DNA of 64,000 nucleotides from Veleropilina oligotropha (Eukaryota): NCBI GenBank assembly GCA_048128005.1, contig JBEUKZ010000064.1, positions 434,001 to 498,000 of the forward strand, read 5' to 3'. Shown piece by piece: positions 17,491 to 28,036 of this stretch (position 1 is its first letter; each line of letters starts with the position of its first letter). The notes under the pieces were generated by a model. It saw only the letters and a program-made list of their open reading frames with translations, ran no database searches and was not told where the DNA came from. The position numbers and the translations under genes were made by a program.

Positions 17491-18090
17491 AGTAGAATCC
17501 AGGGTGGGGGGGTCCCGGGGGCCCCGGGGCCCTTGGGGGAGGCTCCCAGTGCTCCCCATGCCGGTCTTATGGGCCTGTGTTTTATCCGTATCGAAACCCG
17601 GGCTTTTTTGTTGACTCAACACAACATTGTCGTGTCGTTGTCGAGAATCTTTATTGCTGACTCATCGTGACATATACCATGAGTCGACACGAAAACGGTC
17701 ACCGTGTTTACGTCGAAGCTTTTGGTGACCCAGTAAAAAAACTTTCTTGACCAAAACTTTTTATCTGGACCAAATCTTTTTTTATCTGGGTCAACCTCGG
17801 CGAGATACGCATCGCGACAGCATGCAATTTCTGTGTTAAGATTCGATGAAAGAAATTTTCAATGCGATTGCTGAAATGGCTTTGTCAGAAATACAAAGAA
17901 GCTATGGCTTGTGTTAGGAGCGAGGGTAAACAATACCCATTGATACACGCTGCGAGGTATTTGTATAGTACACAGATATAGCGTGTCCTGATTTTAACGA
18001 TTGTAGTCATTCATAAAGCGGGCAATGAATAGACGAGAGAGAAACCGGAAAATATGTTTTAAGGCGGGGAATCCCCGAGATTGCAGCAGT

Positions 18091-18510
18091 TTAGATAAAT
18101 ATATAATTCCCGCTAGCTAGTGTGCAATTGCATGGCGAGAGATGTCCGATTTGACTCCACGCACCCCTGCAGCCGGTGGATAACATCGAGAAGTAATGCC
18201 CATGTTTACCGCGACATAGTGACGGCTCGGCGCATTCAATGCAAACCACAGTATTTGGGTCGGGGGGAGCCCCCCCACAGTCATTCTCTCCGATAATAAA
18301 GTAGTGGCACGAGGGTGGGGATACATCAGGGGGGTCTCGTAGCAAGTTTCTTCGCAAGGGGTCAAGTCGTATATTGTACAGGGGGTGGTTCCGGTACCTA
18401 GCCCACGTGTGTTCGAGAATTAATGCGGTGTCGCTTGACGACGCCTGGGTGGCACCCGCTAGCCAGCACACCGCGGCAATACACAGTAGCATGGATTTCA
18501 TGGATTTCAT
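18091..18510 (-). CDS. Predicted secreted cysteine-rich protein (E1)
   Basis: Hydrophobic N-terminus MKSMLLCIAAVCWLAGATQA and 8 C-terminal Cys. Orthologue at 52073-52498. Confidence 0.75.
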   Translation of the reverse strand: MKSMKSMLLCIAAVCWLAGATQASSSDTALILEHTWARYRNHPLYNIRLDPLRRNLLRDPPDVSPPSCHYFIIGENDCGGAPPDPNTVVCIECAEPSLCRGKHGHYFSMLSTGCRGAWSQIGHLSPCNCTLASGNYIFI

Positions 18511-18607
18511 GGCTGTCCAGATATCACTGTCTGTGTTCGAGCTTTAATATGGGGGAGGGGGAGGGGGAGAGGGGGGTAGTCCCCCACCCCACGCTCAACC
18601 TGGATGG

Positions 18608-19249
18608 TTAGTCTCCAACCCCTATTTTTTTCAGCAGCTCTGCGCGTCCCTCTTTACGACCACGCTCAAGAAGCTCGCTTTGGGTCTGTGAAACCGCGGT
18701 GTGCGCCTTTAGACTTTTGAGGCGAACCGTGGCCTTCATTGTCCGATATTTTTCCATCTCCCCTGTGACGAGTTTGAATTCTTCATCAGACATCTCCCCG
18801 TCCGATAAGGCCTTTGAGACGTGGTCGCTGATGGTGTTCAGCTTACTTTCGGCCAGTGCTCGAATCTCGTTGTGCTTCTTAGCCTTCACTTGGAGGCGGC
18901 GGCTGATGTATTTTCCACCCATGCTAGCGAGCCCACACCCCAACGCCGCTAATTCCAGCACTAGGACAACAGGTGCCGCAACGATTGTGGACAGTAGACC
19001 AATGCCGGCGCTACCCATACCAAGGGTGGCAACGACCAGGGCCGAATCGATCCCATCAACGACATTAACGCCTCTTCGGTACTTCTTGTACAGGGCAGCC
19101 CTTGTGTCCCTCTCTCTTTCTAGCTGTCCCTGAAGCTCATTCACCTTCTGTAGTCGGAAAGACTGTGCCTCCGGAACTTCCGAAAGCACATCGCCAGGCC
19201 TGCCATCAAGTTGTGGATACAGCGTTGGCGCTGAGGGTTTGTTGTCCAT
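18608..19249 (-). CDS. Coiled-coil protein with central hydrophobic hairpin (candidate membrane-active protein, E1)
   Basis: 213 aa with a long Gly/Ala-rich hydrophobic stretch between helical regions. Orthologue at 51358-51990. Confidence 0.75.
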   Translation of the reverse strand: MDNKPSAPTLYPQLDGRPGDVLSEVPEAQSFRLQKVNELQGQLERERDTRAALYKKYRRGVNVVDGIDSALVVATLGMGSAGIGLLSTIVAAPVVLVLELAALGCGLASMGGKYISRRLQVKAKKHNEIRALAESKLNTISDHVSKALSDGEMSDEEFKLVTGEMEKYRTMKATVRLKSLKAHTAVSQTQSELLERGRKEGRAELLKKIGVGD

Positions 19250-19604
19250 TATTCGTGGCTGTATTGTTCAGCCTGTTGATTCCGAATGTCTACCGTTACC
19301 GTAACGTTCAAATACAGGGTGCCCACCCAAGGGGCCTTGACGGTAAATGCGAGGGCCAACTTGTCTGAATCCAGGCCAAGGCTATTTATGGAACACGCTT
19401 TGGGGGCGCCCCCGGCCGGCTGGACCGGCGTCATGTGGATCATTAGAAGGGCTGGGTTCAACCCAAACAATGACCTCCAGTGTTTGGAATCATGAACTCC
19501 CTCTTCGCCAGCCCCTTCTTGGGCGCTTCCCCACAACTAAGAACAGAGTGTCACTGGGTTGCTGAAGGCTCATCTGCAAGCAGGGTCCCGTAGATGCTGC
19601 TCAT
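19249..19604 (-). pseudogene. Small hypothetical protein (E1), frameshifted
   Basis: Homologous to intact 50995-51357 (MSSIYGTL...FGLNPALLMIH.TPVQPAGG). Confidence 0.65.
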
Positions 19605-20341
19605 TGTATCTCAAGGACTGTGGTAATGGGCATACCGTGGTTGTCTATCGGGTTACCGTCTGGATCTGTGACATAGACCTTCAATTCTGTGAGAACCCCG
19701 GCCTGTAGTCGCCGAAATTCCGGATAACTGTGGTAGTGGGCAGCCTCACCGAACATCTGCGACGTTATAGGGACCACGCGAGAATATTGCTCGGGGCGCC
19801 ATCCTTCACATTGTATGTTGTACTGAGCTGCTCTAGGTGAACGTGTAGGGTCAAGCCTGCAATGGCAAACCCTACCGGCTTGTCCCCATCATAAGTCCCG
19901 GGGCATAGCCACTCGGATCTCTCCGGGGGGGGGGGGTCGGCCCCGTACACCTCGAAGGGGTGGGTGCGGATTCCCCGATTTATCGAGGATAAATGAAGAA
20001 ATGTTTAAGCCGAGGAGCTTCCATATATCGTCGCTTATCGCGAGTCGAGTCCCCTCTGGGACCACGACTCGCGCGAGTCCCGTAGCATGGCTTACATCTA
20101 GCTGTATGTTAACTAGCGACCTCTTCATTGTCTTGGCGAGGGCATCGAAGCTGTAGAAACCCGGTGCTACCTCCACGGTGGTATTGGGGGTTTGGAAGAA
20201 GGCTCCAGCGTGCACGTTGTGCCAGCCGACCCAATAGTCGAGCGACCGCAAGCCGACACATAGCTTGCCTTCCCGGTTATCAATCGGCTGCAGGAGGGCA
20301 ACCGCGGTCCCCGTTTGAACACTCGTTACCGTGTGAAACAT
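19601..20341 (-). pseudogene. Putative minor capsid (penton-like) protein, frameshifted (E1)
   Basis: Homologue of 50258-50998, with frameshifts near the 19925 G-run and ~19775. Confidence 0.65.
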
Positions 20342-20345
20342 AGCT

Positions 20346-21633
20346 ATGGCTAAGCGCGCCTTTGCTTTCAATAGGAGTGCGGTCTATTCGACCCGTGTGG
20401 TGTACCCAGCAAAGATCAAAGATGAGCAGCTTACAAGACCAAGCGTCGTTGTCTCCTCGTCTGAATCTCCCCATCCTGCATTCGGGGCAGACTACCCCGA
20501 CGTCTTTCAAAAATACCGCCTCCCTCACGTCGCGAGTGATCGGCTAATACGAGATTGGAACAGCACGCCCATGCGATTTTGGCAGAACAAGGTCAACTTC
20601 GCAGTCTGGTGTGCCACAACAGGTTCCGGGATCTCCTCAGAAGACCACTTGAATGCGACCGACCCCCTCTCCAGAGCCGTATTCACCTTCCACATCTACT
20701 ATCAGGTCAGAAGGGTACTGACCGAAATTCAGGCGCCGCTGCCACAAGACAGGACGTGGAATACATTCGACACCCCGTATGATCGAAGGGCATATGAGAA
20801 GATCTGCAGCGAGTTTGGAGTGTCTCCACATACCGACTGGCGTGTCAAGGGTCCCAACGGCGGACTAGGCACCGCTTTCAGCTACTGGACGAACAATGGC
20901 TACCACCCCATAGGACGTGAGTACGATCCCAGTCGTATGTCATTCACAAAAGGGACCACCAACACGAATCTGCACGTGGACTACATCGCGCAAGCGCCTG
21001 CGCTTACAGACGGATGGGCTTCGTTTATTCTGGACACCTCGGCGGGGTTTACGAGGGCCGGCGTGGAAAGGCTCAATGATTCCATCAGGACCTACGTCTG
21101 GGCTATTCTTGGAGCGCAGGCTCAAATGCGTGCAAGCATACTGGGTAGTGGGACGGCATTTGACGCGCAGAAACAGTTCCTGGCGAACGTGGAAGATGCC
21201 ATCGCATCGCCAGTGGACCTACCATCAGCCATCAAACGGTACCAAGAGGTGCTTCAGTATGCCAGAACCAAGGTGGACTACGTATTCGGCGTTGGCCTTT
21301 ATATGGCGCCAAGCGACATGCTTCTACGAATCGGGCAGGTGGCAGGGTATAACAACGAAATCGTCGTTGCTACGGGAAGACCAGACACTCGGTCTTAATA
21401 CGACCATCAACGCGGCCAGTGTTCCACCCACTGGGGATACTGGAGAACAAGGACTGGTAATTCCACAAGACGAGGTCGCAGTCTTACGGGCAGATGCTCC
21501 GAAGCATCCAAATGCTTCGCCGGCTGTGGCCGCGGGGGGGGGGGGGGCAGCCCCAACCAAACATGACGAGGAGAAGACTGCACTTATCGTGGGCGGCATT
21601 GTCATTGGCCTAGCGTTCATTTGGCTTACGTGA
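20346..21633 (+). pseudogene. ~430-aa hypothetical protein with C-terminal transmembrane helix (E1, frameshift near 21370)
   Basis: ORFs 20346-21398 and 20917-21633 join to match intact 48958-50250. Ends LIVGGIVIGLAFIWLT. Confidence 0.75.
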
Positions 21634-22904
21634 CCCACTGTCTAGCGGCAATAAGAAGCAAGCCCCCCCCACAGATATAATCACAGCCCACAGATTCTCG
21701 GCGAGCCACGACGCAGTCTTGCCAACCAAATTGATTAGCCAGGAAATGAGGCTTCCAAGCATGCCTGGGAGTGCCGCTGCCACCTTCCCTGCTAGTTTGC
21801 CCAGAATCCGACCCAGGGTCCGCAGGTTCTTTTTTATCCACTCCTTTATCCCACCACTGGAAGGTGGTGGTGGTTGTGGTATGCTCGGCGCGCCGCCTGT
21901 TAGGGCTAGTACCAAAGTCGAGATGGCCATACCAATCGCGGTCAGTATAGTCACGATCGTGACCCCCTGCTCGCGGAACAGGGTCCGGACGCGCTCGGCC
22001 AGCGTCGTGTCTGAGTGGAGTATCCGACTTATCATCTCTCGGATCCGGCTGATTTGAGAGCGAAGGGCATCCCGGCTTGATGAGGCTGCCTCTAGGCGAG
22101 CTTCTCGTTCATCCTGTAAGTTGCGAAGACGTTCCGCGATTCGTCGACGGACGAACTCCTCGACACCCCCCCCTTCATCTGCCTGATCGCGCTTCCTCTT
22201 CTCCAGCTCTATGTGTTCGTCCAACGCCGATAGCTTTGCCAGGTTGTTAGTTAGCTCGCCTCAGATGGTCTGCATCGCCTTGTCCAGCCCGCGAAGCTCA
22301 CGAAGATTTAAGGGGGGGTCCCCCATCGTGCCTAAGATTTCCTCAACCTCGACATCTGTGAAAGTCGTCTCCATTCGGTGGATTGCTGCTGATGCCTTTG
22401 TAGCCGTTCGCCCCAAGTCCAGCAGTTCTACGCTCTCTACCTCGGCGGCTGCTCCGCCCAACTCATTGTCGGCTGTCTGAAACGCTGCAACGGCTTTTGA
22501 GGACGGCTTTTTTTCTCCCGCTTCCAGTCAACAAAACCCAGCCCATCCCTGATGGCATCACCCCCACCAGGCCGGCTAGCTATTGTTGTCAGAGCCAAGG
22601 GTTTGCCAGTGCGAGAATGGATGAGAGCGATGTCAGGGTAGTCCGTCATCACCAATTTTTTCCCTACGTAATCGAACCGGGAATAATGTCGCCCAGCCGC
22701 GGGGGTTTGCCCCTCCCGTGCCAGGGCGTCGTAGTAGGCATCAACCACTGGTCGAACAAGCTCTTGCCGAAGACTGCTGGTTCCTTCCTGTGGCGCCGGC
22801 ATAAACCGGTCGGTGGATCTATCCACATCAGTATCGTCGATAGTGGTACCATCGTTGTCGATGAGATCGTCAGGCTCGAATGCAGGGTTCGGGAATTCCG
22901 CCAT
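21626..22904 (-). pseudogene. Coiled-coil membrane protein with amphipathic C-terminus (E1, broken)
   Basis: MAEFPNPAFEPDD... to ...TLAERVRTLFREQGVTIVTILTAIGMAISTLVLALTGG...RQWVT. In-frame TGA at ~22261 plus frameshifts. Orthologue at 47654-48965. Confidence 0.75.
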
Positions 22905-22947
22905 TTGAATACAAACGCTTAGATACGCATCTAATTCAGACAACAAC

Positions 22948-24252
22948 ATGGCCAGCCTGTACGGACGCACGCTTGATCCATACCGCAGACTGCGAGAGCC
23001 CTCGGGGTCAAGGGTACCCGCCAGTCGATCACGATAACGAACAACCCATCCACTATTGCCGCAAACCAGCAGCTGTTGGTTCGGTTCCCTAATCTTGGGG
23101 CTCATGACGTGATCGTTCCAGGGACTGCCCACCTTGCATTCACGATTTCGCTGCACTCGGCTAACCCGAACCGAACCGTAGTTCAGAACATTGGCCGCGC
23201 CGTGATCAGGAAGACCACGATAAAGATCAGTGGGAACGAGATTATGTCTATTGACGATTCCGACGTTTATCATTGCTAATGCGATCTCTGGAAGACCCCA
23301 GGGGAGCGCAAGAATGCCCAGTACCAGGGGATTGATACCAGCAACAGACAAAAATACTACGAAGCATCGTATCGGCACAGACGACGCATTCAGAGTGTCT
23401 GAGGATGTGGCCATATCGGACGCTTACGGTCCCCGATTCCGCATCCCGTTGGATTTCGAGTTGCTGGAAAGCCATATGCCGTTCTATCAGAGCGCCCTGG
23501 GAGACAGGCTCGAGTATGAACTCACGTTCAACGACTACTCCCGGACGATCAAGAATACGGACGACCCCGGCGCCAGCTACAGCATCGACAATATCAGCCT
23601 GGAATACGATGTGGTCACCCAAACTGAGCTTGCCAGATTCATACGCAACCAGTACTCGGGCCGCCTCGCCATCCTCTAAGACCGTGTGCTCCGGCATCGT
23701 AAGCTCACCCGGGACAAGAGCGACACGCTGTGGAATCTTAACCTGAACGTACCGGCGAGGTCCATGAAAGGTATCCTACTTCTGTTTGAGGATCCCGCGA
23801 GAGATGCCGCACCATTCGCGAGGGACACCGAGGCCTTCTACAACCCGAAAATCACCAAGGTCGAGGTCACCATTGAGGGAGTCCCGAATCAAATCTACAG
23901 CCAGGGCATGCGTTCATACCAGGTGTGGGAAGAAGCCAAAAAACTGTTCGCCTCCAATCCGAGCAGCAAGCGGCATCCTGAGGTGGCGCTGGTGGCCAAG
24001 GATTTGGCTTTGGCAGACGTCACACTGGGCGAGTTCTTGACCAAAAAGTACGCACTCTGGATAGACCTGAGGGTAACCGACGACGATCAGCTGCATGGGT
24101 CAGGCCGGAGGATAGAGAACGCCAGTGAGGGCATCACCATCCAGATCACTAAAACAGGCGAGGCAGCCGGCCCGTTGAACGTTTACCTGTACGTGATCAT
24201 GGACGCGCAGCTGAACATCGAGAATGGCCGATTTGTCACATCCCTGTACTAA
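22948..24252 (+). pseudogene. Putative major capsid protein (double jelly-roll type), inactivated (E1)
   Basis: About 430 codons, beta-rich, directly upstream of the packaging ATPase. TAC>TAA stops at 23277 and 23677; frameshifts near 23000 and 23350 relative to the E2 copy. Confidence 0.7.
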
Positions 24253-24855
24253 ACGGTTTCCGCACACCAAGGACCCCCACACCGCGATCCTATGCGGCCA
24301 GACGGGCTGTGGAAAAACGGTTTTCATGCTGGAACTGCTGAAAGGGGAGTATCGAGGGGTGTTCAGGCATATTGTGATCCTCTGCCCCACGATCAAGTTC
24401 AACAAGGCATACCAGTCCTGTCCGTGGATCTGGACTGACCCGGAGGTTTATATAGTCCCCCCCGGTGAGCAACTCCATGACTGGTTGTGGGGGTTCTACC
24501 AGCTGTTCCAGGGGGAGCCGACCCTCTATATCATCGACGACCGCGCCGCCAGCAAAGCCCTTGCCAAAAAGCGGGATATGTTGACTGCGTTGGCCTTTAG
24601 CGGGAGGCATGCCGAGCAGAGTGTATGGGTGGTGACGCAAAAATATAACTCGGTCTTGAAGGAGCTCCGCGAACAAACCCGCTGGGTCGCTCTCTTCCAC
24701 TGCAAGGACGCGATAGCTTTGAAGACTGTCTTCGCGAGAACGATGTCATCGGGTCGCAAGATGAGAGAACCGCGGTGCGCCGGCTGTTGGCCGAGACCCG
24801 ACACACAAAGCTTCTGTTGAAAACTGATCAGCCCGTTGCTTATAGTGTGCTGTAG
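24224..24855 (+). pseudogene. A32/FtsK-like DNA packaging ATPase (E1, frameshift near 24710)
   Basis: Walker A GQTGCGKT, Walker B YIIDD, SGRH and VVTQ motifs. Confidence 0.85.
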
Positions 24856-24908
24856 CATCTACCAGCATGTACCTAGCATCTACCTAGCAGCTACTTAGCT
24901 AGCTAGGC

Positions 24909-26101
24909 ATGTCGGACGCTGTATACATAGCTTTTGCTTGCAGCCAGAGCCTGATGTTGCTGCTACTCGCTACATTGTGGTACTGGATTTACAGTTATAT
25001 TAGACCGGCGAGGCGATGTTGGAAACGCTTCAGGATGGACAGCCTTCTCGACCAACTCATGGACGACGAACAAGAAGCGACCGTCACCGGCCCACCCCGC
25101 TCGACGACCCCCCGGGGCTGCTTGCAGCACGAGGAACCTGAAAGTCGCGTAGCAAAAAAGCGGGAGAGGCTTGCGGCCTTAGCCATTGGAGGGGGGGGCC
25201 CACAAATACTTGGGGAGCAACCTCAGTTGACCGGATCGACGCGATGACCGACGAAGAGATTGACAAGCACCACGCAAGGTACGAAGCCAAGCTCGGTGCT
25301 GAAATGACGAAAACCCTGGGGACTGCAGCTATTCATCTCTACGCGAGTGCAGCGGGGACAGTCTTGCCAATCTCGCCAGATAACCAGCTACATCTGATCG
25401 CCGACCTGGAGGCCGACCCTTTCATCTCACACGCGCTGTGCACTGCAAGCTGTGAGCTGTATCACAAATACGGCATGTACCTCGCACCGCTGACCGCAGC
25501 GTTGACCATGGCTAAGCACTGCCAATTTGGACATGTTTTCCCGCCTAAGATCAAGATGACAACGCTGGAAGTGGACCAAATTTCGGCACCGAGCCCGCCG
25601 ATAGAGAGGGTGACCCAGCTGATAGAGAGGGTGACTTCTTCGACAGACTCATCATTGAGTAAAAAGGACCCTAAGAAGGTGGCTGTGGGTCGGGCCGGTG
25701 CTGCTGCTTGGAAAGCCAAGCAGGAGAGGCTCCTTGCCGACGTTAGAAGACTCAAAGAAGACGCTCGACAAGTATCCGTCAGCGAAGTTCCTTCAGACCT
25801 ACTGGAGGCACAGCCCAAACACAGTGGTAATACTCCCCCCCGAGGGGCCGAGGTGACCGCGGTCGAAAAGGACGTTCGCGCCGTACAGTCAGCTACATGG
25901 AAATCGGACCCATTTAATTGGACCCATGGACTCTTCGCTGCAGGCGGGGTCGCGTTGTTATTGGTTGTCTGGAAACGCAGTAGTGGTCCATCCACACCAC
26001 ATCAACAGCCACCAGCACCGGCGAGGCAGCCCCCCCAGGGGCCTACCCCGCTCCCACCACCACCGAATTGAAGAATGAGCACAACCCGTTCCATATGCGA
26101 T
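24909..26101 (+). pseudogene. One or two hypothetical membrane-associated proteins (E1, frameshifted)
   Basis: Homologous to 44510-45671, with N-terminal and C-terminal hydrophobic segments. Confidence 0.6.
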
Positions 26102-26126
26102 AGTAGCAAACGGTACCATCAACAGC

Positions 26127-26366
26127 ATGACTACCCCCATTACTGATGGAAAAATGCTCGGAAATGCCGTCTATCATTCGGCCATCGTGTCTGGCCTTGC
26201 CATCGGCTACTCACGCCTGACAAAGATGGTATTCAAGGGACCAAGCCCCAAACTGGACTTCACTGGTTATGATGTCGGAATGGTGGTCCTCGATGTGGCG
26301 CTCGCCATGGCGACGAAGGATATGCTGATCAAGCAAGGCATCATTCCAGCCGACGTATTGAAGTAA
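26127..26366 (+). CDS. 79-aa hydrophobic protein (E1)
   Basis: 75/79 residues identical to 44241-44480. Confidence 0.8.
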   Translation: MTTPITDGKMLGNAVYHSAIVSGLAIGYSRLTKMVFKGPSPKLDFTGYDVGMVVLDVALAMATKDMLIKQGIIPADVLK

Positions 26367-26380
26367 AGGCGCAGCACTGC

Positions 26381-26821
26381 ATGACAATGGCCTCCATAGC
26401 GATGCTGGTTGGGGGCGCTCTTGTCAACGCCCTCGCCTTCAGCGGGTCAAACTTCCTGTTCTCGAAGCTACGCAGCTCCGGTGTCGACGAGGAGCGTAAA
26501 CGCCACGACAAAGCCATAGAGCACCTCCAGGCCGCTCAGACTAAATGGTCCCAACAGAGGGCAGAGCGTCTCGACTGGCTGAACGTTGAACTTCGCCGCC
26601 AGGGTCATGCCGTTGGCACATTCCGGGATGTTGACGCCGCGATCCGTGAGTATGCATTGATCACCGGCAAGCACCTTGACCCCGCCGCCCTGGGGGGTGG
26701 CCCTGAGCCCGCCCTGTCCGACTACTACACGCCGAGCGACGACCAGAAAAAGCGTGAGATCACCTTCGTCATCCTGGGGATGGCTGCGACCGGGTTGGTA
26801 GCCTACAAGCTCCTACCCTAA
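26381..26821 (+). CDS. ~145-aa protein with hydrophobic N- and C-termini (E1)
   Basis: MASIAMLVGGALVNALAFSGSNFLFSKL. Orthologue at 43781-44233. Confidence 0.8.
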   Translation: MTMASIAMLVGGALVNALAFSGSNFLFSKLRSSGVDEERKRHDKAIEHLQAAQTKWSQQRAERLDWLNVELRRQGHAVGTFRDVDAAIREYALITGKHLDPAALGGGPEPALSDYYTPSDDQKKREITFVILGMAATGLVAYKLLP

Positions 26822-27061
26822 TTTCCAGTGGACATTTTTTTCGTGTGCCTATATAATGGGGCTCCCAGAAGAGCTGTACTGCCCTTGGTACTACGTCACT
26901 TGACTGCTGGCGGCGCAACGAAAAGACTATGGTGCGGTTCGCGGTCCTGGTGCTCTCCGGGGGCCCGACCAACCTATGGGCGACGACTGGGCAGCTTCCG
27001 GAGGCGGAAGCTGAAGCCTGTTGGAGACTGATCACGTTGCTGGAATACCTCGCAAGCCTCG

Positions 27062-28036
27062 ATGGCAGCAAAGAGACAAAAGCCCCTGACAGCTAAAGAA
27101 CTCGACGAAACCCTCCGCAAGTACTACTACGCAGATGGGGGGTTCCAGGGCGTCTCAGCTCTGCGCTCAAGGCTTCCAAAATGCGCAGCCTCAATAAACA
27201 GAATCAGGGCGTGGATCTCGACACAGGAGGTTGGTAGGTACATGCAGATGAAACCCCCTAGAGAGGTATTTGCCCGTTTCACAGAGGACAGGCCCGGTGT
27301 GCTCCACCAGGCCGATCTTCTCTATCTCCCACATGACAAGGTTGGCCGTAAAACGTACAAGTATGCGTTGACCTTGGTCGACGGGGCCTCTCGCTACAAG
27401 GCTGCCAGACCACTAACATCGAAATCGGCCAGCGAAGTAGCTAAGGCGTTTGCTGACATCTACAAGACCAGCCCCCACCAATTAACTTGGCCAAAAACGC
27501 TAATGGTGGATGACGGGCACGAATTCAAGGGGGAAGCATCCACTCTTCTAAGGAAACACGGGGTCGATATAAGACGCGCTTCGCCGGGTCATCACCGATC
27601 GCAGGCATTTGTGGAGTCATTCAACCGCCGGCTAGCTGAACGACTCTTCAGGAAGCAAGCACATGAAGAGCTTAGCAGCGGCTGGGACAACCGCCAGTGG
27701 GTGTCCGTTCTTCCAGCGGTAGTAGCAGACATGAATGCGATGCCAACGCGACTGACTGGTCTTCCTCCAGCGAAGGCAGCCAACATGTCGCAGGTTCCGC
27801 TAGTGGCGTCCAAACCACCCCCACAGGAAACGCTGTTACCGATTGGCATGATGGTCTACATCACCACAAACGAAGAAGACCTGAAAGATACCGGGCGCCG
27901 TCGCGCAACGGATCCATGGTGGACACATAAGCCCTACCCGATTCGCCGTCGCGTATCGGAACCCCACCAACCCGCGCTCTACTACATGGCATTCTCAAAG
28001 CACGGGTTCACAAGGTCGCAGATGAGACCTGCCTAG
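27062..28036 (+). CDS. Retroviral-type (rve, DDE) integrase (E1)
   Basis: HQADLL...VDGASRY...MVDDGHEF...VESFNRRL; intact 324-aa ORF. Confidence 0.92.
   Translation: MAAKRQKPLTAKELDETLRKYYYADGGFQGVSALRSRLPKCAASINRIRAWISTQEVGRYMQMKPPREVFARFTEDRPGVLHQADLLYLPHDKVGRKTYKYALTLVDGASRYKAARPLTSKSASEVAKAFADIYKTSPHQLTWPKTLMVDDGHEFKGEASTLLRKHGVDIRRASPGHHRSQAFVESFNRRLAERLFRKQAHEELSSGWDNRQWVSVLPAVVADMNAMPTRLTGLPPAKAANMSQVPLVASKPPPQETLLPIGMMVYITTNEEDLKDTGRRRATDPWWTHKPYPIRRRVSEPHQPALYYMAFSKHGFTRSQMRPA

Noticed and set aside
22905..23414. N-terminal half of the 325-aa minus-strand ORF 22437-23414
   Set aside because: It is antisense to the capsid gene. The real start is MAEF at 22904, as shown by the E2 orthologue.
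27062..28036. LTR retrotransposon or bacterial contaminant
   Set aside because: No gag, RT or LTRs. The integrase lies in a TIR-bounded element with capsid and ATPase genes, joined by TSDs to eukaryotic host repeats.
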